A stretch of 64,000 nt of DNA, from the NCBI GenBank assembly GCA_037445735.1, contig JBBIJY010000006.1, positions 45,759-109,758 of the forward strand, given 5' to 3'. Below, in pieces: positions 38,966-48,735 of the stretch; position 1 is the stretch's first letter, and the number at the start of each line of letters is the position of its first letter. The notes beneath the pieces were generated by a model that worked only from the letters and a program-made list of their open reading frames with translations, was not told where the DNA came from and ran no database searches. This DNA comes from Armatimonadota bacterium (GTDB taxonomy: Bacteria; Armatimonadota; Fimbriimonadia; Fimbriimonadales; GBS-DC). Made by a program: the position numbers and the translations under genes.

Positions 38966-40561
38966 ATGAACCGCATCGTGGTCAAAAGTCCCGCCGATGG
39001 GAGTTTGGTGGGCGAGGTGGAGCCGACGCCCGTCGAGGCGATCCCCTCGATGGTGGAGCGGGCGCACCGCGCGTTTGAAGAGTGGCGTCGCACGCCCCTG
39101 AAGGAGCGGGCGGACGCCATGCGCCAGCTCCGACGCCTGTTGCTCAAAGAGCGCCGCACCATCGCCGAACTGGTCGCCCGCGAACAGGGCAAACCCCTCA
39201 TCGAGGCAACAATTGTCGAACTCTTCCCACCCATCGACACGATGACCTTCCTGATCTACGAAGGGGTACGCCTGCTACGCCCGCAGCCGATCCGCCCGAA
39301 GGGTCCCTTTATGCGCGGGCGAACCTGCACGATGCACTTTCATCCCTATGGTGTGTGGGCGGTGATTGCGCCCTGGAACTATCCCGTGTGTATTCCGCTG
39401 GTGCAGATAGCCGCGCTGGTGTTCACCGGCAACGCGGTGCTGCTCAAACCGTCGCCGCTGACACCGCTCACTGGCGCGCTGGTCGTGGAGCTGTTCCAGC
39501 AGCTGAACCTGCCCGATGGGCTGGTGCAGCTGGTGCAGGGGGGCGCACCGCAGGGTCAGGCGCTTCTCAGCGACCCGCGCGTGCGCGGCGTCATCTTCAC
39601 CGGCAGCGTGCCCATCGGACGCGCCGTCGCCGCGAAAGCCGCCGAAACCAGCAAAAAGGTGATTCTGGAGCTGGGTGGCAAAGACCCTGCGATTGTGCTA
39701 TCCGACGCCGATATCGAGCGCACCGCGCGCGGCATCGCCTGGGCAGCGATGGTGAACGCGGGACAGACCTGCGTGTCGGTGGAGCGCGTCTATGTGGAGC
39801 GCCCGCTCTATGAGCCGTTCCTGCAAGCTCTGCGCGAGGAGCTGTCGCGCATCCGTGTGGGACACCCGCTCAACATGGAGACCGATATGGGACCCCTGAT
39901 TGCGCTGTTCCAGCGCGATCGGGTGCAGGCGCATGTGGAAGACGCCTGCTCAAAAGGCGGGCGCGTGCTGACAGGCGGCAAGGTGTTAAGGGAGCTGGGC
40001 GAACTCTACTACGCGCCGACGCTCGTCGCTGATGCCCACGAGGGCATGCTCGGCATGCAGGAGGAGACCTTCGGACCGCTGGTGATGGTTCAGCCTGTGG
40101 CGAACGAGCAGGAGGCGGTGGCGCGGGCGAACGCCAGCGCGTTCGGGCTGACCGCCTCCGTCTGGACGCGCGACCGCCAGCGCGCCAGACGGATCGCGCC
40201 TCTGCTGGAATGTGGCGCCGTCACGGTCAATACGCACGCCACCACCTTCGGCGACGGCTACAGCAGCTGGGGCGGATTCAAAGATTCGGGCGTCGGGCGC
40301 ACGCACGGACAGTTCGGACTCTATGAGCTGGTTCAAACCCAGTATGTGAGCGAGCTTTACACTGTCAAGCCCGAACTCTGGTGGTATCCCTACAGCGAGC
40401 GGCTGCACCGCATCACCGACGAGATGATGGCGTGGTTGGCGGAGCCGACTCTGCGTATGAGCCTGCGCGCGATACGCCGCCTCGCCCCCGAACTGCGCTA
40501 CCTCACCCGCCACTTCTCCCCGCTCAAAGCCATGCCAGGTTTCCTGCGCTATCTGCGCTGA
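38966..40561 (+). CDS. Aldehyde dehydrogenase family protein
   Basis: PWNYP, FTGS, LELGGKDP, NAGQTC, EETFGP. Confidence 0.94.
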   Translation: MNRIVVKSPADGSLVGEVEPTPVEAIPSMVERAHRAFEEWRRTPLKERADAMRQLRRLLLKERRTIAELVAREQGKPLIEATIVELFPPIDTMTFLIYEGVRLLRPQPIRPKGPFMRGRTCTMHFHPYGVWAVIAPWNYPVCIPLVQIAALVFTGNAVLLKPSPLTPLTGALVVELFQQLNLPDGLVQLVQGGAPQGQALLSDPRVRGVIFTGSVPIGRAVAAKAAETSKKVILELGGKDPAIVLSDADIERTARGIAWAAMVNAGQTCVSVERVYVERPLYEPFLQALREELSRIRVGHPLNMETDMGPLIALFQRDRVQAHVEDACSKGGRVLTGGKVLRELGELYYAPTLVADAHEGMLGMQEETFGPLVMVQPVANEQEAVARANASAFGLTASVWTRDRQRARRIAPLLECGAVTVNTHATTFGDGYSSWGGFKDSGVGRTHGQFGLYELVQTQYVSELYTVKPELWWYPYSERLHRITDEMMAWLAEPTLRMSLRAIRRLAPELRYLTRHFSPLKAMPGFLRYLR

Positions 40562-41361
40562 TGGTTTGCCAGCCGCTGACGCTCCCTGTGCAATCGCAGC
40601 TGGCATGCCTCCACATAGCGCGGCTCGCGTTCGATCAGCACGAATCGTCGCCCATACCGAAGTGCCACCACACCCGTTGTGCCCGTGCCCGCCATCGGAT
40701 CCAGCACCACATCGCCCTCGTTTGTCGAGGTCAAAATCACGCGCTCCAGCAGGGCTTCGGGCTTCTGCGTCGGATGCAATTTGCGCCCTTCCGAATCTTT
40801 CAGCCGCTCCTTGCCCGTACAGATAGGCAATTCCCACACATTGACTGCCAGCCGAAAGCCGTCGGGCGCAAAGGCGCGCGCCACATCAGCATGATAGGTG
40901 TAATCCTTCACCGTGCGGTCTTTAACCGCCCAGATGAGGGTCTCGGTGGCGTTCGTGAAGCGCACATTCAACCAGTTGGGCATCGCGTTCGTCTTAATCC
41001 AGATGACCTCGCTCAGAATCCAGAAGCCCGCATCCTGCAACAGTCTGCCGATGCGATGGATATTGTGATAGGTGCCGATGACCCACAGGGTGGCGCTGGG
41101 CTTCATCAGGCGGCGCAGCTGCGCCAGCACCGTACCGATAAAAGCGTCATACTCCTCGAAGCTGGCGAACTGATCCCACGGTTCATAGACACCCTCCACC
41201 AGCGTTCGGGCTTTCCAGCGCAGCAGCTGCCGCTTTGGTAGCTGCAAAAAATAGGGTGGGTCAAAAAACACCATATCGGCGAGCGCGTCGGGCAGCTGGG
41301 GCAGCACCGCCAGCGCGTCGCCACAGATAACACGATCCAGCCAATCTCCCGCTTTATCCAT
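40549..41361 (-). CDS. Beta-class amino-DNA methyltransferase, CcrM/M.HinfI-like, orphan
   Basis: DPPY, IGTYHNI, RFTNATETLIWA, HPTQKPEALL, DPMAGTGTT. Confidence 0.9.
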   Translation of the reverse strand: MDKAGDWLDRVICGDALAVLPQLPDALADMVFFDPPYFLQLPKRQLLRWKARTLVEGVYEPWDQFASFEEYDAFIGTVLAQLRRLMKPSATLWVIGTYHNIHRIGRLLQDAGFWILSEVIWIKTNAMPNWLNVRFTNATETLIWAVKDRTVKDYTYHADVARAFAPDGFRLAVNVWELPICTGKERLKDSEGRKLHPTQKPEALLERVILTSTNEGDVVLDPMAGTGTTGVVALRYGRRFVLIEREPRYVEACQLRLHRERQRLANHQRR

Positions 41362-41602
41362 CGCTCTGCCCTATCTTACCCCATCCCCTGCCCCTTTCAA
41401 CGGGGATGCAGGTCGGGAAAGGGCAGATGACCTGGCTCGTCCGTCTGCACCGTGCCGCTTACGACAGGCTTGCCATCCGGGTCAGCGCCGCTCCCATTTG
41501 CTGCATCCCATCGACCGAATGTGAACCACATGACAGGTATCATGCTATCGTAGGGATGCGGGGTTCAGTGCAGCCACTCCGCACGGAAGGAGAAATCACC
41601 TT

Positions 41603-42247
41603 ATGAAACCAGCAGGTTCACGCTTTGGAATGTATGAGCGCGAGAGCGCGGATACGCGCGTCTATACCTCCGTCGATCTGGACGGCTCCGGGAACGCCCA
41701 GATCGACACCGGAATCGGCTTCTTTGACCATATGCTGGCACAGGTGGCGCGGCACGGGCTGATCGATCTGGTCATCGACGCGCATGGCGACCTGCAGGTG
41801 GACGAGCATCATGTGGTGGAGGATGTGGGCATCTGTCTGGGCAAGGCGGTTCAGCAGGCGCTGGGCGATATGCGCGGGATCAACCGCTTCGGCTGGGCGA
41901 TTGTGCCGATGGACGAGGCGCTGGCGCTGGTCGCCCTCGATCTCAGCGGTCGCCCCATGCTGGAATTTGAGGCGCGCTTCCGCCGCGAGACGGTGGGCAC
42001 TTTCCCCACCGAGCTGACCGCCGAGTTCTTCCGCGCCTTCGCCACCCACGCCGGCGCCACCCTCCATATCCGCCTGCTGAACGCCCGCAACGACCACCAC
42101 GCCATCGAAGCTATCTTCAAAGCATTCGCCAGAGCACTGGAGATGGCGACCCGCTACAACCCGCGCCAGAGTGCCATCCCGTCCACCAAAGGCTTCGTGG
42201 AAGGCGCGAACGAGGAGCCGCCGCTGGACGAAGGCGCACTCGGCTGA
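41603..42247 (+). CDS. hisB: Imidazoleglycerol-phosphate dehydratase
   Basis: TGIGFFDHML, DEHHVVED, PMDEAL, NDHHAIEAIFKAF, PSTKG. Confidence 0.96.
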   Translation: MKPAGSRFGMYERESADTRVYTSVDLDGSGNAQIDTGIGFFDHMLAQVARHGLIDLVIDAHGDLQVDEHHVVEDVGICLGKAVQQALGDMRGINRFGWAIVPMDEALALVALDLSGRPMLEFEARFRRETVGTFPTELTAEFFRAFATHAGATLHIRLLNARNDHHAIEAIFKAFARALEMATRYNPRQSAIPSTKGFVEGANEEPPLDEGALG

Positions 42248-42249
42248 CA

Positions 42250-42903
42250 TCAGTTGCTGGAGAAGAAGCCCGGCCAGTTTTCGGGGTCGAACGGCTTGAT
42301 CTCGTAGGCGTGGGTCACCTCCTGCAGCACCAGGTGCAGCAGGCGCAGGCGCTCGCAGGTGTCCTGCAGCTCCAGCAGGTACTGCTTGAACGGCAAACTC
42401 ACCTGCAGCGTGCCTGCCACTGCGAACGAGAGCATCACCGGGTCGTCGGGCAGGCGAATCTCGCTGGTGCGCAAGCCGTACGGCTCCAGCGCGGTGCGCA
42501 GAAACTCGGTGAAGGCGTCGGCGACCGCCTGCGTCAGCACCTGCTGCTCTTCGGGCGAAAAGGGCGGAAAGTCGCGCCAGGGCTCTATATCAGCCTGTAA
42601 ATAGGCGGTCAGCCCGCGATGGAGCCGACGGATGCGGAACCGCTCCTCGCCCAGCGCCAGCAGATGGAACCGCCCATCCTCCAGCCGACGCAGCCTGCCA
42701 ATCCGCGCCAGCGTGCCTATCTCGTACGGCTCCGCCTCACCGCCCACTTCCGAACCCTCCCGAATCAGCACCACCCCGAACGGCGAGTCGTGTTCCAGAC
42801 AGTAGATGACCAGCTCCCGATAGCGCGGCTCAAACACATGGAGCGGTATCATCGTGTGCGGGAACAGCACCGTCTCCAGCGGAAACAACGGGACCCGACC
42901 CAT
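42250..42903 (-). CDS. Lon substrate-binding domain protein
   Basis: PLFPL..VLFP, LHVFEPRY, FGVVLI. Confidence 0.9.
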   Translation of the reverse strand: MGRVPLFPLETVLFPHTMIPLHVFEPRYRELVIYCLEHDSPFGVVLIREGSEVGGEAEPYEIGTLARIGRLRRLEDGRFHLLALGEERFRIRRLHRGLTAYLQADIEPWRDFPPFSPEEQQVLTQAVADAFTEFLRTALEPYGLRTSEIRLPDDPVMLSFAVAGTLQVSLPFKQYLLELQDTCERLRLLHLVLQEVTHAYEIKPFDPENWPGFFSSN

Positions 42904-42928
42904 TTTGCTCACTCTACCACCTGCACAA

Positions 42929-44488
42929 TTATACCCGAATCAATCGGCGCAGGGTCGCAAAGCCGCCGATCCGCGCCCAGCAGGGGAGATTGGACGGCTC
43001 TTCAGGGTTTTCAGGCAGGCGACAACGCACGCCCGTGAGCGCCGCCACCATCGCCGCGACCGCCGCGCCCACCGAATCGGCAATCAGATGCACCTGCACG
43101 CCCTGCGCCCGCAACGCCTGCACCTGCACCAGCAGCTCGCGCGCCATCCCTGCGAGCGGAGTCAGATTGTAAGTGTCAAAGAAGGCGCTTTTCGGCGCAG
43201 CGGACGACGGCACATGCCACACCTGCGCATGCGCGCCAGCCGGCAACCCTTCTGGCGGCGCACCCCCCTCGCGAATCACCACCATCCACTGCTGTTTCGC
43301 GACTGGCTTCCCCTGCGATTCGGGAGCTTCGGGCAGTTTGGGCAGCCCCAGCATAGAGAGCAGTGCGTCGTGCAGTTCCCTGCGGAAGGCGCGACGCCGT
43401 TGCCAGCGCGGCAGGCTCGCCTGCACCGCCGCGCGATATTGCGCGAACACGAAGGCGCCATCGCCAGGCGCGAACGGGCGCGGTAGCGCGTCGCCCCACA
43501 CCCGCAACGCATGCAACAGCTCCAGCGCGTCCACCGATGGGTCGTCCGGCACAAAGTTCAGTTTCAGCACCTGCGCCGCCCAGCGATAGTAAGCCGCTCG
43601 CGCCTCCGCCCCAAACTGATGACCCTCCTTCAGATGCACATGCTGGAACCGCTCCGACGCACCGTATAACTGATATACCCGACGGATAAAGGGCGCCACA
43701 TGCTCAGGGTTATCCGCCGTCCAGTCTTCCGAATCGGAGATCAGCAGCATCGGTCGGGGCGCGCAGAGGGCAGCGATTTCAGGGTTGCAGGCGAACAGGC
43801 GCAACAGGGGCGGATTCTCGCAGATGCAGCCGCCCTGCATGCGTGTCGAGACCATCTTCACGGGCGCGGCACAGCACAGGCGCGGCTCCACAGCGGCTAA
43901 CAGAAAGGTCTGCGTGCCGCCGCCCGAAATGCCGCTGCAGCCGATGCGCTTCGCGTCCACCTCGGACTGACGCGCGAGCCACTCGAAGGCGCACAGGCTG
44001 TTCCAGGTCTGCAGTCCTGCGCGGCTGAAGCCCCAGCGATGCCATTCGTCTGGCTCATCGCCCCCGTGTGGCATCTGCAGGTGGTCGTTATAGCCGACCA
44101 TATCGTACATCAGCACCCATGCGCCCGCCTGCGCCAGCGCGATGGCCCGCCGAACATCGGGCGTGTTGAGCCGACCCTGCGCAAAGTGCCCGTGCGGCTG
44201 CAACATGGCGGGCGCGCGCCGACCCGCAGGGCGCTCTGGCAGAAACAGACTGCCCGTCAGGTAATAACCGGGCAGCGTTTCCAGCGCGAAGCGTTCGATT
44301 CGGAAGCCGTCGCCTGTGAGGGCGGGGGCGCGCAGCGCTCGCAACGGCGCAGGCGGCAACTGCGGCAGCAAGCCGCACGCCAGTCGCACATGGGCGCGCA
44401 ATCGTCGCGCGAACACCTCCCACTCCGCGCGGCTCGCCACCCGCGCCATCGACGGCATACACGGTGTGTCAGGATCCCGGCTCTGCAC
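42929..44488 (-). CDS. Alpha/beta hydrolase (acetylxylan esterase-like)
   Basis: PHGH, YDMVGY, GISGGGTQT, GGCICEN. Confidence 0.82.
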   Translation of the reverse strand: MQSRDPDTPCMPSMARVASRAEWEVFARRLRAHVRLACGLLPQLPPAPLRALRAPALTGDGFRIERFALETLPGYYLTGSLFLPERPAGRRAPAMLQPHGHFAQGRLNTPDVRRAIALAQAGAWVLMYDMVGYNDHLQMPHGGDEPDEWHRWGFSRAGLQTWNSLCAFEWLARQSEVDAKRIGCSGISGGGTQTFLLAAVEPRLCCAAPVKMVSTRMQGGCICENPPLLRLFACNPEIAALCAPRPMLLISDSEDWTADNPEHVAPFIRRVYQLYGASERFQHVHLKEGHQFGAEARAAYYRWAAQVLKLNFVPDDPSVDALELLHALRVWGDALPRPFAPGDGAFVFAQYRAAVQASLPRWQRRRAFRRELHDALLSMLGLPKLPEAPESQGKPVAKQQWMVVIREGGAPPEGLPAGAHAQVWHVPSSAAPKSAFFDTYNLTPLAGMARELLVQVQALRAQGVQVHLIADSVGAAVAAMVAALTGVRCRLPENPEEPSNLPCWARIGGFATLRRLIRV

Positions 44489-45761
44489 GCCACACCTCCA
44501 CCCGCTCCCTCACCGGGCGCAGCAACAGCACCGCCAGCACCAGATAGAGCGGCACCAGCGCGAACACCCACCGCCAGCCGACGCCCAGCCCGTACGCGCG
44601 GTTCAACGCATCACCTAACGGTCCCGCCACCAGCGGCGCCATCACCTGCGGCACGGTCATCGAAATGTGCCAGATGGCCATATAGCGACCCGATTCATTA
44701 ACGGGCACAAGGTTGCTCGCCAGCGCCCAGTCGACCGCGGCGAACGCGCCCCACGCGAAGCCGAACAGCGCGCTCAAGCCGTAGACCCAGCGCAGGTCAG
44801 GCGCGACCAGAAACAGCACCGTGCCGACGCCCATCATCGCAGCGGTGTAATACATCACGCGCTTCTTGCTCGTTCGATCCGCCAGCATGCCCGCCCACCA
44901 GTTGCCCAGCACGCCTGTCAGCGTCGCTATCGTCATAATGACGAACGCCTGCATCGGTGCGCCCGCGCCCAGCTTCATCGTGTCCCGCAAATAATACTCC
45001 AGAAAGAACAGCACCGTGTAGAAGCCGAGATTGAACGCAAAGCGCGACAGCACCACCCAGCGGAAGTTCGGATGCTCGTTCAATAAGATGTTAAAAAACA
45101 GGCGCGGGTCGACGCGCCTCTCGTCGGGGTTAGCGGGTTGCCAGCGTGGCTCGCGCAGCCCCAGCACCGTCCAGAGCATCGTTATCAGCAGCACCAGCGC
45201 CAGCACCGCGCCCACAATCAGCAGGCGTGTGGCGAGCGGGTAGCCCCTGAACAGCAGCGGCGGCTCGTTCAGCGCCAGTCCCGCCAGCGCCAGCCCTGCC
45301 AGATTGCCCACAAGGGTCATCATGCCCATATATGCCGACGCCAGCCCGTGCCGCTCCGGCGGCACATAGTCGGGAATCACCGCCTGATAGGGTCCGTTCG
45401 CCCAGTTCAGCAGCAGCTGGATCAGCCCGAAGTAGACCACCAGCAAAGCGAAGCTCGGTGTGGTCATAAACAGCAGGATGAATGGCAGGGTCAGCAGCGT
45501 GCCCCACAGAATGAAGGGGCGTCGGCGACCCAGCGGCGAGGTGCAGCGATCGCTGATCGGACCTGCGATCAACTCGATAATGGTGGAGAGCAATGCGCCC
45601 GTCGCGCTCAGCCAGCCCAGATAGGTGCCCTTCACCTGCGCCGGCACCATCTCCGCCACGCGCACCTGCATCACAATCGTCAGGAACGCCGCCCAGTGAA
45701 CGCTCAATCCCAGCCAGAAAATGCTGATCGCCCAGTAATTGACCGCCCGTGTCTCCTTCAA
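44469..45761 (-). CDS. MFS transporter
   Basis: About 12 TM helices, GPISDR..S.LGRRRPF; TTG start 9 nt after TATAAT. The longer tracked ORF crosses repeats. Confidence 0.87.
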   Translation of the reverse strand: MKETRAVNYWAISIFWLGLSVHWAAFLTIVMQVRVAEMVPAQVKGTYLGWLSATGALLSTIIELIAGPISDRCTSPLGRRRPFILWGTLLTLPFILLFMTTPSFALLVVYFGLIQLLLNWANGPYQAVIPDYVPPERHGLASAYMGMMTLVGNLAGLALAGLALNEPPLLFRGYPLATRLLIVGAVLALVLLITMLWTVLGLREPRWQPANPDERRVDPRLFFNILLNEHPNFRWVVLSRFAFNLGFYTVLFFLEYYLRDTMKLGAGAPMQAFVIMTIATLTGVLGNWWAGMLADRTSKKRVMYYTAAMMGVGTVLFLVAPDLRWVYGLSALFGFAWGAFAAVDWALASNLVPVNESGRYMAIWHISMTVPQVMAPLVAGPLGDALNRAYGLGVGWRWVFALVPLYLVLAVLLLRPVRERVEVWRAEPGS

Positions 45762-45788
45762 GATGCAGGGATTATAGCATGGAAAGAA

Positions 45789-45892
45789 GGAGCAACAAAT
45801 CCCTCTCCCCCAGCGGGGGAGAGGGTACGGGTGAGGGGAGGTTCTGAGTCCCTCTCCCCCAGCGGGGGAGAGGGTACGGGTGAGGGGGGCTA
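45789..45892. repeat. Two tandem REP-like palindromes (CCCTCTCCCCCAGCGGGGGAGAGGG-TACGGGTGAGGGG)
   Basis: Directly visible; near-identical block at 48464-48564. Confidence 0.9.
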
Positions 45893-46783
45893 CACCTCCA
45901 GACCCGTTGACATCAGGTCCCGCGATAGAAGCAACGCCTCCGCTAACCACTCCAGCGAGTCGACCAGCCGCGGTCCAGGACGGCTGAAGAAGGCGCTGCC
46001 ATCGGCGATGAACACTGCGCCCCGCCGAACCGCGGGCAACTCGCGCCAGCCCGGCATCGACTCCAGAATCGGCATATCCTGCCGCGTGCGCTCCACGCTG
46101 AACCCGCAGCAGGCAATCACCATCGCTTCTGGCTGCCACGCCCGCACCTCCTGCCAGTGGAGCCGCCAGGACGGCTTGCCCGCCACACCGTGCCCGTCGA
46201 TGCCACCCGCCAGCGCAATCAACTCCGGCGTCCAGTGCCCGCAGGCGAACGGCGGATCGATCCATTCCAGAAACGAGACGCGCACAGGGGGCAGACCCGA
46301 GCAGCGCTCGCGCACCCGCTCGATGCGCTCACGGCAATCGGCAATCAAGCGCTCGCCGCGCTGCGGCACGCCCGCCACCGCCGCCACCTGCCAGAAGGTG
46401 TCCAGCACCTCCGCCAGCGTGGTCGGCTCCAGATTCAGCACCTGCGGACGCGGATGAAGCGACTCCACCGCCTCCAGCACCGCGTTCTGCGATACAGCGC
46501 ACACCGAGCAGAGTGCCTGCGTCAAAATCAGATCGGGCTTCAGCTGCTGCAACAGCGCCGTATCAATCGCGTAAAGCGTGGCGTGCGTGAGCAGCGTTTC
46601 GGACACCATGCGGTCAATCGCGCCGCTGGGCAAGTCGGGTGGGATGAGACTGCGGGTGATGATAGGCTTGGTCAGCACCTCTGGCGGATAGTCGCACTCG
46701 TGGCTGCGGGCGATCAGGCACTCGCCCAGCCCCAGCGCATACACAATCTCTGTTGCGCTCGGCAAAAGCGACACAATCCGCAC
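45890..46783 (-). CDS. Cobalamin/siderophore-binding (BtuF/TroA-like) protein, no signal peptide
   Basis: RIVSLLPSATE, SHECDYP, GHWTPE, FSRPGPRL. Confidence 0.88.
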   Translation of the reverse strand: MRIVSLLPSATEIVYALGLGECLIARSHECDYPPEVLTKPIITRSLIPPDLPSGAIDRMVSETLLTHATLYAIDTALLQQLKPDLILTQALCSVCAVSQNAVLEAVESLHPRPQVLNLEPTTLAEVLDTFWQVAAVAGVPQRGERLIADCRERIERVRERCSGLPPVRVSFLEWIDPPFACGHWTPELIALAGGIDGHGVAGKPSWRLHWQEVRAWQPEAMVIACCGFSVERTRQDMPILESMPGWRELPAVRRGAVFIADGSAFFSRPGPRLVDSLEWLAEALLLSRDLMSTGLEV

Positions 46784-46858
46784 GCGCCGATTATACCTGC
46801 TCGCGACGCCCATCACCCAGCAACTCAACGAGTTTTTGCCAGACCGCCTCCAGAACCC

Positions 46859-46887
46859 TTGACATCAGGCGAGTCTTGATATATAAT
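46859..46887 (+). promoter_or_regulatory. Consensus sigma70 promoter
   Basis: TTGACA-N17-TATAAT, exact match. Confidence 0.85.
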
Positions 46888-46946
46888 AGGATGTGTCTAC
46901 CCACCAACGCCTGCGAGAGGCTAACAAGAAGAGGAGGAGGTCAAAC

Positions 46947-48365
46947 ATGACACGCATGGGTTTGATGGGCAAGACGGTGCGCCTGACGATGGCGCTTGCA
47001 AGTATAGCGTTGACGAGCGCGCTTTTCGCGCAGGGAACATGGACATGGCAGCAACAGTGCAGCAGCAACGAGTGGTCAACCATCTGTCAGGGTTCCATCT
47101 GTGGCTACGACCAGTACGGCAACCCTGTCTATCGGTACATGAACAACTGGGGGCATGCGCCTTGTGGCTACCAGCCCGGTTTGCCCGGACCTGGCTCTAT
47201 TGTGCTGTTCCCGACGGGTTCTGGAGCGTTACTTGCCAGCAATGTGGACATCTTCAGTGTGACGATAGCCAGCGACGCCCTGCTGAACTGGAATTCGGGC
47301 ACGATGACTTTGCGCGACCCCAGCGGCGCCAATCCTGGCTCCCTGAGCATTCTCAGTGGAGGCACTCTGCTGTGGAGCGGTGGCTCGCTCGACCTGCGAA
47401 GCGACTCCAACGGCAACCCCGGCACGCTGACCAACGCGGGGCTGTTGCGCTGGGTGGGCAACTACGGGCACAGGTTGAGTGGGCTGCTGGTCAATCAGAG
47501 CCAGCTGGTTCACGAGGCGGGTAGCACGGCCTTCAGCACCGCCACCTTGCGCAACGCCAGCGGAGCCACTGCCGAAGTGCGCTCTGGCAGCTGGTACAAC
47601 AGCTCAGGCACCAATCGTGTGGAAAACAGCGGCACGCTGAAGAAGGTCTCGCCAGACCCCAACAATCCCACTTCATTCACCATCTCGGTCAACGCCACCA
47701 ATAGCGGTCTGATTTCGGTGGAAAGCGGCACGCTCACTTTCAATAACCTCACCCAGACCGACGGCGAGACCCGCATCTACCGCAACACCACGCTCTCGCT
47801 GAACAACCCGTTCGCGATGCAGGGCGGCAAGCTCACGGGCGCAGGCACGCTCAGCGGCAACCTCACCAACACCGCGGGCACGATTGCGCCCGGCATCGAC
47901 GACCCCGACCTGCCCGACCAGAACCCGCTCGGCATCCTGACCCTGCGCGGCAACCTGACGATGGGCGCCGACGCCGCCTTTGAGGTGGAACTCGCAGGCA
48001 ATAACAACTCCGACCCTGCCAACCCGCAGTATGACCGCCTCGTGGTGGACGCGAGCGGAACCACGCGCACCGTTCAGCTGGACGGCACGCTGCGCGTGAA
48101 GGGTCGGGGCGGCTATGTGCCCGCGTCGGGCGATGTGTTTGACATTCTGGTACGCACGGGCAGCTACTGGAACTTCTCAGGCGCCTTCCACACGGTGGAG
48201 GTGGACGCCGACACATTGCCGTGCGTGGCGTTTGAGGTGCAGTATCTGTCGGATCGGGTGCGGTTAGTGGCTCAGGCGGCGGGCAGCCCCGACATCAACC
48301 GCGACGGGTGCGTGGACGACGCCGACCTGCTGGCGGTGTTGTTCGCCTTCGGGCAGGGGTGTTAG
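46947..48365 (+). CDS. Exported beta-helix/passenger-like protein with a single C-terminal dockerin-like repeat
   Basis: GGAGG SD, signal peptide, G/T/N/S-rich strands, GTIAPG..LGILTL, YDRL; ends PDINRDGCVDDADLLAVLFAFGQGC. Confidence 0.83.
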   Translation: MTRMGLMGKTVRLTMALASIALTSALFAQGTWTWQQQCSSNEWSTICQGSICGYDQYGNPVYRYMNNWGHAPCGYQPGLPGPGSIVLFPTGSGALLASNVDIFSVTIASDALLNWNSGTMTLRDPSGANPGSLSILSGGTLLWSGGSLDLRSDSNGNPGTLTNAGLLRWVGNYGHRLSGLLVNQSQLVHEAGSTAFSTATLRNASGATAEVRSGSWYNSSGTNRVENSGTLKKVSPDPNNPTSFTISVNATNSGLISVESGTLTFNNLTQTDGETRIYRNTTLSLNNPFAMQGGKLTGAGTLSGNLTNTAGTIAPGIDDPDLPDQNPLGILTLRGNLTMGADAAFEVELAGNNNSDPANPQYDRLVVDASGTTRTVQLDGTLRVKGRGGYVPASGDVFDILVRTGSYWNFSGAFHTVEVDADTLPCVAFEVQYLSDRVRLVAQAAGSPDINRDGCVDDADLLAVLFAFGQGC

Positions 48366-48367
48366 TG

Positions 48368-48625
48368 CCCTCACCCCCGTACCCCCTCTCCCACGCTGTG
48401 GGAGAGGGGGCTAAGGCGCGTTGAAGCAACCCCTCACCCCAACCCTCTCCCCTCTGGGGAGAGGGAGCAACAAATCCCTCTCCCCCAGCGGGGGAGAGGG
48501 TACGGGTGAGGGGGTTCTGAGTCCCTCTCCCCCAGCGGGGGAGAGGGTACGGGTGAGGGGGCTATGCACCGCACGCTTGCAGGCAACCCCTCACCCCAGC
48601 CCTCTCCTTAGCGGGGAGAGGAGGG
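48368..48625. repeat. Cluster of five REP-like palindromes in mixed orientation
   Basis: CCCTCACCC...CCCTCTCCC-N-GGGAGAGGG units and their inverses. Confidence 0.9.
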
Positions 48626-48735
48626 TTCTTCGATAGGGTGTCTGTCGGGGCTGATGGCGCGGGCTTTAGTCAGCGCCGAGCCGTCCGTGAGCAGGGAGAG
48701 AGTCGCTCTTTCAACGGGTGGGGTACAACCATAAC

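Noticed and set aside
41385-41515. Possible SRP RNA or riboswitch between the methyltransferase and hisB (CAGGTCGGGAAAGGGCAG; GGGATGCAG/CTGCATCCC)
   Set aside because: The SRP helix-8 pairing and AGCAG are not satisfied, and the stems could be chance in GC-rich DNA; an Rfam search is needed.
45762-46265. N-terminal extension of the MFS ORF, and ORF 48421-48636
   Set aside because: These are translations through repeats or an overlapping gene; a -10 element and TTG at 45761 give a better start.
45789-48625. Repeat clusters as a CRISPR array
   Set aside because: Mixed orientation, very short and duplicated spacers, no cas genes; they fit REP-like palindromes.
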